Source: Lingula anatina (taxonomy: Eukaryota; Animalia; Brachiopoda). Taken from it: a stretch of 64,000 nucleotides of DNA. Below the pieces are notes generated by a model, which was not told where the DNA came from, searched no databases, and was given only the letters and a program-made list of their open reading frames with translations. The translations under genes were made by a program, and so were the position numbers. The stretch spans positions 43,530,401-43,594,400 of the forward strand of contig CM120641.1 of the NCBI GenBank assembly GCA_051362555.1, given 5' to 3'. Positions 53,395 to 64,000 of this stretch are shown piece by piece; position 1 is the stretch's first letter; every line of letters begins with the position of its first letter.

Positions 53395-55791
53395 ACTGTA
53401 AACTTTAGACTGCTTTCCGTGCAAATGTTGTGTCATAAAACAGTAAAATAAGTCTACAGCTGGTACTTTCTGTTGATGAAATGTTTGACCGGAAGCTGAA
53501 CGTGTACGTGGGAAGCAACTGGCATCTGTTACCTTCTGCACGTACAATTCAAGACACGACCGTGCAAACCTTCAAATTTGATTATAATCAAACTTGTTAA
53601 CGTTAAATATGTTTAACTTTCAATTACTCCGTTCACACAATTTAGCATATATCAAAACCTCTTGAATAACAAACTAAAATATGAAATCAATACATTTATT
53701 TAGCATTGAAATACATGGCCACTTTCAAGTAAAATTTTTAGATAAAAAACATAATTTGAAACATTCCTTTCTGATTTAAAACGCATTATGAGCAATGACA
53801 CAGGCATGAACACATACTACAACCATTTCCTTGGTAATAATAACATTAGTCTTTAAATCAAAATGCACCTAGAAATGCAGCACTGTCATTTGTGATATGT
53901 CTGTAGATATACACGTATTTCAGTATTAGTTTCATTTTTCAAATGGCACAGGTAAGTTTAATGTTGTCCTAAAAGCTCCTAGCACCACTCGAAGCTAAAT
54001 GCACTGAAATGAGACTGTCAAATTATTATTTTTTTTTAAATCAACCATGTGAATGAACAAAGGAAAATGCATCAAACACTGACCATTTTTAGGAAAACCT
54101 GCACAAGATAATAATTTAAAGCAATTTGGTCAAATAAATACTTCAGTATGCAAAGGCATTCCAATTATAATTCAACATAAAAACAGCTATGTTAACCATA
54201 TCTTAAGTGACATCAGTGTCTGCACAAATTTGTGAATGGAAATCACTGATTGAATAATTTGATTAGGAAGATGACAGTAATCTTGCATGCACACATATTA
54301 CCTTATCTATGTACATCAATTAAAAGATTTGAGATCGCACTCCATTATCAAGTTTCTAAGAAACAAAAGTAGGACATATGGGAGTACCTTTCAAACTACA
54401 TTAAGCGTATGGGGAAACCATCAAGACTTAAAAGAATTCTCCAAGAATTTATATCCTAATATTTTTCAATTCAGACCTTAAAGACATTAAAACCCTTTGA
54501 ATAAAACCGTATTTGATGCATACCGTGTGCTGTTATTTCATTCCATGTCTTTTCAGATAGTCATTAAAGCTCGCAACTTCGTATTATACACAGGGCAGCA
54601 AAAACTAAACAATGCCCATTTCGTGTTGTGAAGTGATAACCATGGCCATGCTCAATGAATGTCAGTGAAAGACAGACGTCATTCTAAATCAAATGACTGG
54701 CCAGTCATTTAAAGAATCTAATAAATTATATTTCAATTCAAAGTGCAGAGATAGGTCTAGCAATGATTTGTGAGTAGGAGAAAATGCCTTTTACCCCAGG
54801 AAAAACCATTTTGGCAAGTAAATTCTATGGAGAGCGCCTTCAACATGTCAACACTGCTTTCGTGCAGGTAAGGGTGGAAGAAGTAGTTCTGGCAAAATGC
54901 CCTTAATAAAACCTGCAACTTGCTACTTTATTTTTTTAGCTAGGAATTAACTATTTCAACATATCTCAGATAAAATATCTATTCACAAGTGACAATGTCA
55001 AGATATCTCAGATAAATATCCATTCACCCAGTGGCAATGAAATAAAAAGGATAACAAAACTGCTGGCAATATACACACAATCACTTCAATATACATGATC
55101 AATTACTGTCGACTAGGATAGAAATATAACCAATTGTACACTACAAAATCCCCAGCAAGTTAAACATATAAAGCATTCAAGCTGACATCACTCAAGTTAC
55201 ATGTACAAATACATACTCCTATTTCATTTCAACAAACTTTGAAAATATGATGTTGAAAAATATATCTGACAGTAGATTATCATTCAGAAATTAAACAAAA
55301 TTGGAGATTACAGTATCATATGAACAATGTTATCAAAAACAATAAATCCTATTGATAGATTATAATCAGCAGGGCAGTTGAATGTCCTAGTTCCAAACAT
55401 AGGAAAATAAGACAGATATTCATAAAATAAAAACAAAATAAATATGGTTATAAAGCAAAATTTTAAAAATATTGATAAAGAGTTGTACATTATCTAAGCT
55501 TCAATGGTTCTCAATGCCTTATCAAAGAAAAAGGGAAACTAACACAACATAGCTAGGATAACTATCACTTTTAGATATAAACAATTCACCAGGGTATCAG
55601 TAAAATCAGTGTATCTATTTATATTGTATATCATAATTTAAGTAAATATTGTGATCTTCAGTTAAAAAGGGAATCATTCATTAACAAAAATGGAAACTGC
55701 AAATGGTAAGAGAACAAGTTGAATTATAACTATGTGTGACCTTTTATAAAAAAGACCTAAGCACAGACTCCACCTATAAGTATTGTGTTAT

Positions 55792-57465
55792 TCAGTGTCT
55801 ACCGGGTAATTTAGGACGAAAATACAAGTCCTTAGTGAGCATGGAGGTGATACAAGGGATTTGCTTCTTTTTACTCATATATTCCTTGTTTGCATTGGAC
55901 TCGTAGTCAAATGCTACCATCCTGTTCACTCGGGTCATCATGGTCATGATGTCCAGCGTATGACCAAACTTCTCTAAGACTTTACACAGAGACTGGATAA
56001 ACCAGGAACCATTAGTGGAATTCCTCCATGAGAAATAGCCTGTGAGAAATATAGTGATATTTAGTTATTTCTTCCTTCATTATCAATCCCTCTCTATTTT
56101 TTATATATCTCTCTCCCTCTCTCACACCAAGGCAAAAACAAAGTACCTATTACACAAAACATGTAGTAAATGCACACCGATATGTATATGCTCTTTAAGC
56201 CCCCCCCCCCCAAAAAAAAAATCAAATTAGATAAAAACACACATAAAGAGAGATCAATGCACATTTCATATATGTCATCAAGTGATTAGTTGGAAGTAAA
56301 AGTCAGTTACTTTCACACTGATGTCTTAATAGCTGCTGACATTTACCTGGTACAACTGAGTAAGCCATGAGGAAGTCGGCTTCAGAAGGGACCCTGAACA
56401 CCGTGGCAGCATCTGGTTCATCCTTGACAACTTCTGCATCACATACCTCTACACCATGGTCTAATTTATTACCACGACAGGCCTGAAGAATAATATATTG
56501 GCGGGATAACAAATAATCAAGCTTCAAATTAAAATTTCACCCAAATGGTCTGACATTTGAAAAAATTTTGAACTTCAAACTTATATTTCTAAAAGATATC
56601 AACTTTAATTCACTTGATACTGCTACATAGTATCAAATGTGTCTCTGTTAAGTTTAGACTGGGTTGTAATTAGAACTTTTGTGTGGCATTCAATATTTTA
56701 CAATATGTTAACAGACTACTATTAATCAATTTATCCTCAGATTGCCCGGGAAATATCAAAACCCCACCTGGACAAAGAAAATCTTTGGTTTTCCAACTAG
56801 AGTTAAACATTTATCTCCCTTAAATGGTGCCACCAGCTTTTCCAGTTCGATCCATCCATCAACACCATAGACCACACCCTCTTCCCCATGAGTGAGGATA
56901 GCTACCACAACACAGTCATTATCTGAATGGTTACGCTTGGCAACTGAAATGATTGAAAGATTAAACACCACACCCTCTTTTCACTTTATTAAGATGGCTA
57001 CTAATGATGGGCAGTAATTGTCAGAACGGTTATGCTCAGCTACAGAAATGACTGAGACTTTAATATGAGTTTCCTGGTACAATAACCTTTTTGCCACAGC
57101 ATTTAAAATTTAAAAAGTTGTACCTTCTTCAAGTTTGCTCCGCATCTCTTCTCTTCTCAAATTATTGACCAATTCCACTTTAAAGTCAAGAGCAGATAGT
57201 CTTTGGTACAGAGCTGCAGCATCCAGGTCCGTTCCATTTCTCTCTGGCATTTCAGTGTGATGTTCAAATTTTCTGTTATTGATGATGATGGCATACCCTC
57301 TGTTGGGGTGGTTGAAGTTGTACTCATTTTCAACAATCTCTTCTGGAAGTCTTGCTCTTTGAGATCCTGGGTAACTGGAGGGAAAAGAATTAAGCAATTT
57401 ATGAAAGTAACGATCTTTAACATGCAATTGTAGATGAGAGGGGTTGATTATTATTATTATTATTT

Positions 57466-57515
<50 letters not shown>

Positions 57516-58211
57516 TAAAAAAGCAATTTTTACTATAATGTGGATCAACACAAGGACTTATAAATATCATGGTGTGAGATAGCAATAAATTTGGCAAAAC
57601 AAACACAAGAAAAAATATTCTGATACATTGTGCTGAATGAATGGAATAGCTAAAATTGAGAAAAGTCACCTAAAATGATTGAAAAGTGATTCAAAATCAA
57701 CATTTTACCCAAGAATTTGCTCTACATGTTTAAAGCTTGAAGAATAATAAAATGAGCTACATGTATGAGACCTACATTTAATGCTGAAGCTGCACAAATT
57801 GATAAAACTCAAATCTTGGAAATATTACTGTTTCAGTGATACTGAACTCACCCTCCTGCTGCATGAGCTAGGTTTGCATCCACTGTAAGTGATAAAAGTT
57901 AAAAGATAACCCTAAATTATAAAGCTAATATAATGGAAAAGTTTCTCATACTTTTTTGTTGTTATTAATTTACCTGTAAAGGCAATTTATCTACATGTTC
58001 ATGAAAAACATCTTAGCACATTTGCAACACTCCCCAAACTGCTTTATCGCTTTCTCTCTCCCCCCCTCCAAAAAAAAAAAAAAAAATTAAAAAACAAATC
58101 TAAACCTTACATGTATGCCGTTATAATAAATCTGGGAAATATTACATAACGGTTTTGAATTACTCTTCATATTATCACTACTTTACCTAGGTCTGGCTCT
58201 GAATCATCCAT
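55792..58211 (-). CDS. Effector caspase (caspase-3/7-like, short prodomain)
   Basis: Exons 58211-58187 (MDDSEPDL), 57882-57852 (VDANLAHAAG), 57374-57124 (YNFNHPNRGYAIIINN..RNGTDLDA), 56943-56768 (ILTHGEEG..GKPKIFFVQ), 56482-56347 (ACRG..DEPDA..PSEADFLMAYS), 56039-55792 (GYFSWRN..GSWFIQSL..KQIPCITSMLTKDLYF). Intact His-Gly and QACRG; candidate cleavage sites DLVD/A and DEPD/A. The first two small exons are less certain. Confidence 0.95.
57468..57509. repeat. (GT)n microsatellite in caspase intron
   Basis: Direct reading; preceded by a short (ATT)n run. Confidence 0.97.
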
Positions 58212-58600
58212 ACTTCTTCTAGGCGTAGCTTTGAACGATACACACAGAGCAGACAGACAGCGGCAGTCCAAATTTTGGAACTTAGACGAAACACTTGTCC
58301 TAACAATGTATTGCCGAGGCGTTTGACTGTTAGTGCATCAAGATTTTATGAATATCAGAACGTATTCTTGTCTTCCTTACACGCAAATAGACAAACATTC
58401 AATCGAAGAGAAGAAATAATATATCCCAACAAACGCTAGAGTGTATCTCTATTTACCATCAGTGCCTCTACTTCTCGAAAAATCTCGAGTGGTGCTCGAG
58501 ATTTCGTTCTTTGACAATTTACATTCATCACCTGCGGAAGAAAACCTAAATATGTCAATGATGTGTTCTCTGATCAGCCGTGGAGCTGGTCCCTGCTGAG
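58212..58600. promoter_or_regulatory. Probable shared bidirectional promoter of caspase (-) and PSD (+), with PSD non-coding exon 1
   Basis: Caspase ATG at 58211; strong plus-strand donor gag/gtgagt at 58601; locally CpG-enriched; matching acceptor tattctttcag at 59711-59721 upstream of the PSD ATG. Confidence 0.55.
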
Positions 58601-59857
58601 GTGAGTACTTGTAAATTCAACACAACGTTTTGAAATGATTAAAAGGGTATCAAAAACTGAATTATATGCCATTTTTATATTCATTCATTGTCGGCCTTCG
58701 TTGAGATTTGAGTGGCACGATTATCATGCACCTGCCATCTGCTGCTGTGTTTGTGTATTTTCAAACCGCTGCCTGCTTACAAAAGTCTGCTGTGTGCATC
58801 TGAGGTAGACGATGGTGTCTACGTGTTTTACAGCTTTCGAAAATCAAAACGGATGTTTTGGTTCAACTGTTCAAGACATCTTGTATTCATGTTTTAGACA
58901 AGCATTGAAACCAACGAACAAAAAATGCAGCGTAAACATGCATATATCTCATGGACTTGAAATGCGGTCAATGATGAATATGGTAGGAATTTTATTCATG
59001 TCACTCATCTCAACTGATGCAGTAGTAGTATGTCTGAATTATTTTTGTATGTCGTGGTCATGTGTATATTTCATATAATATTTGGATTCACAGCTCCAAA
59101 ATTGATACTGTACTAACATGTATATGACTTTCTTTTGTGATGCAGAGAGTCGTTTAGATGTGAGTGGTTGAAGTATTGATTGGGCCATTTATGGAGAAGT
59201 ATGCAGAGGTTTAACCACATAAATGTTGCTTATCAGTAGTTAGACATCTCCAAGTCAATGTAATGAGCACTGAAAGTGGCCACATAGTGGTTCATTATTC
59301 AGTGTTAATCACCTGTTTCCTTATTAATTCAGACTTTTTCCTTTTATTTATTTATTTTTGGGGTGATTTTATTTTATTTTTGCCAGTCCTTACATAATAA
59401 CATTGAGTTATAGCATTTTAATGACTATAGTTTTTTTCTCAGGGCATTTCAGGTTGTTTTTCAATTACATGGCTTAAGTTCTCTTAGATTTAAGCCAAAA
59501 GGGCAAAAGTTGAGAATGTGTCAAAATAACAATTCATTCTCCTTGCTTTTATTGAGCAAATATCTTGTAGACACTTTTCATGCTCTGGTAAACATTGATT
59601 ATTAATAATTGTAAGTGCACAATGATAAGAAAGACAATTTGTTTAATTCTTTTTCAAGAAGAAGGACAAAGGCATTTGTGTTTGATTTGTCATATATTTA
59701 TTGCTTTCGCTATTCTTTCAGATTCTTCTTAATAAAGGTTTCTGGGCAAAGTTTAAGCAGTGAACAAACAAAAACAAAACACTTTAACAAGAAAGGCTGA
59801 AGGAAATGGAATGAAAGTGCTGTAATAAATTATGCTGCTTGCTTAAAGGCTGACAAC

Positions 59858-62800
59858 ATGTCTGCAAGTTCTCTGGATAAGAACGGCCATCTACATGGGT
59901 CCAATGGTTACTCTAACCCTAATCCCAGTGGACGCAATGAAGAACCTGTGCCTGTGAAACAACAGCGGTTTGAGACATTCGTCATGACTGGAGATATGAT
60001 AATCCGCACGTCATCGAATGAAAAAGCGTCAAAACTGCCTGTGAGACAGACTCAGAAGAGAGAAGACTCGGCAGTTACAATACAGCGCTCCACAGTGACC
60101 AGATCCTCCGGTCAAGGGAGAAGGGTAGCAAAACAAAAGAGTGAAAAGATAGCACAGAACGACCTCCCTGCACCACTGCCAGCACCATCTGTCGTTAATT
60201 CGACAGATCAGAGTAGTTCTGATACTGGGTCTGTTGACACACTGCCCAGCCCAGCCCACCGCCACACAGACCACCTCACAGCATTAGAACCAGAACTGGG
60301 ACAGTCGAAGATTCCAAGCCCTGCTCATGTACATATTGACAATCCAAAGACTATGGACCTTAAAATGACTGGTGAAGAACCAGTGGTGCAGCCTTTAGAT
60401 TTGAGGACTAAGCCCTCTGGAATTCCTGTGTTTTCGGCCAGGAGTCCAGGTGATCAGAAGAGAACCCAGAGGTCACCGTCTGGTATCCCTGTCAAGAACA
60501 CTGAGACTATTTCTCCTACAAAGCAGGTGAAGACTTCTCCATGTAAAGAGGCAGAGCCAGTAACGAAAGTGGACTCTGAAATCACTGATGCAGTCAAAGA
60601 GAGTCAGTCTAGTCCCAGCAGTGACAAAGGGTACTATAGTCCTAATGGTGCAAGAACTATCCCTGTGGTGCGGTCTACTCGCAGTCAGGAAAACTGTTTT
60701 GATAGTTCTGATTTGAGGCTAGTTGCTGTAGATATAGACGATAAAGCATCTTCTGTGGATGTCTTGAACTATGATGATAGGTCTGACAGTGTGCACCTTG
60801 CTAGCCCCACGTCTAGGAGTGTGGAGAGCTCTCCTGAACACAAACTCTATAGTCCACAAGCTAAACAGGATCATGATCGTGATCTTCCAGCATTCATCCC
60901 CTTGGGAGGAGGAGAACATGATAGGGACCAGGATGAGGAATCTAGTAGCCGGTCAACAGGGAGCAATGATGGGGACATGGACGGTGCAGGTGCTCTCATC
61001 TTGACTGAGCAAGATGACAATATGGACAATAATGTGGAGCAAGTGTTGGAACTTCAGAGGGAACTTACAGTGATAGAGCCGAAGAACGGAGATTACAATG
61101 AGATAGAGACTTCACGTGATGCTGTAGATGGGTGCGTACAAAGTACCCATGATAGTTCTCCCTCAAGGAGTCAAACTGGCCCTCCCACCGGTGCTAAAGG
61201 CAGTGACTTCCCAACAGACCGCCCCCTTAGTCCAGGGTCGGACTCTGTGGTATCCTCAGGCAGTGAGGACTCAGATAATGTGTACTTTCAACCAACAAAG
61301 AATGCAGATTACCCATCTGCGTACAGATTAGCCAAGAGACTCTATGATCTAGAGGGCTTCAAAAAGGCAGATGTGGCAAAACATTTAGGAAAGAAGTGAG
61401 TACTAGTAGCTGTCCATCTTGCTTTTTATACCTTCCATTTTCTTTCTATATCAAATAAACATCTTCAATTGTCTCTACTGCTGTAAACCACAATATACTC
61501 AATACCACAATAATGATTTTGCAAACTTGATTTTAAGATGTACTCCTCATTTGCATCCAAATAGAGTGGATATGGAATTAGAAAGAATTACATGGATTTA
61601 AGAAAGATTACGCATCTGTATTGATCATGTGCCCTTTGGTCCAGTAACTCCAGTCACATTATTTGATATTATATTTATCTATATAGAGATGATAAAGGTG
61701 CCCCCAGTAAGGGCATCTTATCACACATAAACTCAATGAACCATTTAAACCGCAAACCAATATTTTTGTTTACTCTTGTTGCATTGGAATGTCAGGTTTA
61801 CATACATTCATTGTTTGAGCAAGAGCTCTAGTCTCACTCATCCAAGTTGAAGTGTAACTCACCATGGAAGATTGCATAAGCACAGTATAGCTTATTTGAT
61901 TAAGGGCATGGGATTTATTGACTTCAAAATGGCCTGAGCTTGGTTATATAGATGGCATGAATAAACTGCAGGAAGTACTTAACAATAAACAAAACCAAAA
62001 AAATTCTGTTTAACAAAATTGAAACAAGGTCCCCTACCAAAGAAAACTTGTTTTGCTTTAAAGAGAAATGTGCATAAACCCCCTGCGAGATAATAGAGGT
62101 TTTACTAATTTACAGGACTGTAATTTAACATAGATCTGAACTTTTTTACAAGCACTGTGGAAGAAATAGTTGCTTCAAGTGACTTGAGCTTTGTAGAAAA
62201 AATATTAAGATTGTAATTGAAAACAATTTATTCATTGACTTAGTTCATATTCTTGATTCCGGATCAATGGAAGCAATCAGTATAATACTGTCACAGCATT
62301 TCATTGCCCCTGTATTTACAGTGTATACTGCTAACTAAAAGTCCATGACAGCCCACTTGAGAAGCCAGGCTCTAACTGGTGCATGATAACAAAAGGATAA
62401 TATGGAGTGTCAGTGTAATGACACATAGAATTCACTTGTTCTGCTCTGTCACTTGACCATTATATGCTGGGAGGGGACCAGAACAATATCAGACAAATAA
62501 AACAATTATATGTCTGTTAGTAAATCGGGTTAAAAGTTGTATATTTTACAATTTTTGCATTTAAACTGTGCAGTGGGATTAATCTACCCTTTACTGTGAC
62601 ATTGCAGCAGCATTCCACCTATAGACTCTACACTGTCACGGTTTGATGGAAGCTATTATAGCTATACCATGTTGTACATGCACAGACAATTACATTAATA
62701 GAATAATATATAGGCTTTTTTGATGCTGTGGCAGAAATTATAGATCCTATAACAGGCCCGTAGCTTGGGGGGGGGGGGGGTGGGGGGGGTCAGAAAAAGG

Positions 62801-64000
62801 TCCATTCTGGGTACAATTTGATCTAGGTACACAAAGATTTCATTATAAAAGGTCCACTTTTTCAGAAAAAGAACCTCCCCCTTTTCAATTTGCTGGCTAC
62901 GGGCCTGCCATAATGTTAAGTGTCTGAAGCAGATTAGAATATAACATGTAGGCCACCTTCTGGGTGTTATAAAAGATGTGTTAGTGGTATTTTTGAACCT
63001 ATTGTAAAACAAGCCCAATTCTCATTTAAGTGGACTGATAACAACTTATTTTTGGACCAATACACTAAAATTTTGGTTTTAAATGTATCACCAACATATG
63101 ACTTATTTAATTTTGTGCAACCTCTCACAAGATTACTGAAGAGATTACATGGTTGGTTGTTGCTTCTAAAACCAGTAATTCCTGAAGTTGGGACTACTAA
63201 AACATTAACCTACATGTAAATCTGAACCACGTCTAATATTTAGGCCATTATGAAATGGATATGTCTATAGCAGGTAAGGAGAACCATATGATATTCATAA
63301 AATTAATGTGCTACTTGTGGAGATTAAGTAGTATACAGTAAGTAGCCCAAGCAGAATCTTACAGTCGGAACTGCAGCTTTGATAAGCAGGAAGGAAAACA
63401 GGCAAGAAAAAAGATTAAACATAATGCAGCCTGCATAGTCTTAACAAAGTCAACACATTTGTATTGCCTAGCTTTTTTTAACGGTGTGAAACTCTGCAGT
63501 GTATTTGCAGTGTACCTGAATGACTAATGTCACCAGTACGTGACTCACCCTCCACTGTCAATATATTGGCCAGGTAGTAGTTGGTAAAGTGCTTCAGGGG
63601 GGTGCGATTAGAATGCCATGGTAAAGTGGATCGCAATAGCTAAAATATTAACATTATTTAAATGCCTTAAAGTAAGAATAATTTTGAATTTGGGGTAACA
63701 GCAAAAAGGTGGTTGATCTTATTAAATGTTAGCCCCCTTTCTCCCCTTCTGTTTGTTTTCATCAAGTTAAGCTTAGTGAACTTTAGATCCATGACTTGAA
63801 GAAAACAATTTTTCCTCAAATTGTTTAAATTTCGCACTTGAATTCATTAATTCCACTCTGGAAAAAAAGGACCCTGAAATATCTACAACTACATTTTTTC
63901 CATTACAGAAATGACTTTAGCCAGTTAGTTGCAGAGGAATATCTGAAATTCTTTGACTTTGTTGGCATCCCGTTAGATGTAGCCCTTCGCCAGTTCCTCC
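59858..64000 (+). CDS. PSD: PH and SEC7 domain-containing protein (EFA6/PSD family Arf6 GEF), 5' part; runs off the window
   Basis: Large exon 59858-61395 (donor gtgagt) spliced to 63909-64000 gives [56 protein letters not shown], the start of the EFA6-type Sec7 domain. The N-terminus is long and Ser/Pro-rich with an RFETFVMTGDMII motif. Confidence 0.95.
62753..62907. mobile_element. Short MITE in PSD intron
   Basis: Perfect 12-bp TIR caggcccgtagc / gctacgggcctg, internal poly-G, near-identical 6-bp flanks ctataa / ccataa. Confidence 0.7.

Noticed and set aside
53395-53547. N-terminal extension of UBA5 suggested by ORF 53257-53547
   Set aside because: It begins at a non-ATG codon. Homology starts at the ATG at 53394 (MASADELKARI..), and the upstream part looks like 5' UTR and promoter.

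Overview
This is AT-rich, intron-containing animal genomic DNA, probably from a marine invertebrate. The repeat families resemble those of molluscs and other lophotrochozoans, but the taxon cannot be fixed from this window. The first ~47 kb is a head-to-tail tandem array of a multi-exon gene encoding signal peptide - Sushi/CCP domains - zona pellucida (ZP) module - furin site - transmembrane helix - short tail. Three full copies have open exon chains (3647-15636, 22866-31995, 40350-46257), and the last exon of a more divergent fourth paralog sits at 163-377. The start codon exon could not be resolved. The N-terminal CCP exon is far more divergent between copies than its own flanking introns, mostly by amino-acid-changing substitutions, while ZP exons are nearly or fully identical. 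That pattern suggests a diversifying recognition protein (egg coat, allorecognition or immunity). Each copy carries private transposon insertions: a foldback MITE, a Harbinger-type MITE, a Helentron/HINE-type element with a 146-bp satellite, and an Academ-like element. The spacers after copies 1 and 2 contain a decayed UBA5 exon that marks the duplication breakpoint. The remaining ~17 kb holds UBA5 (minus, 12 coding exons), an effector caspase-3/7-like gene (minus, 6 coding exons) and the 5' part of a PSD/EFA6 Arf6-GEF (plus) with an MTED motif and SxIP motifs. All alignments, translations and counts were done by eye.
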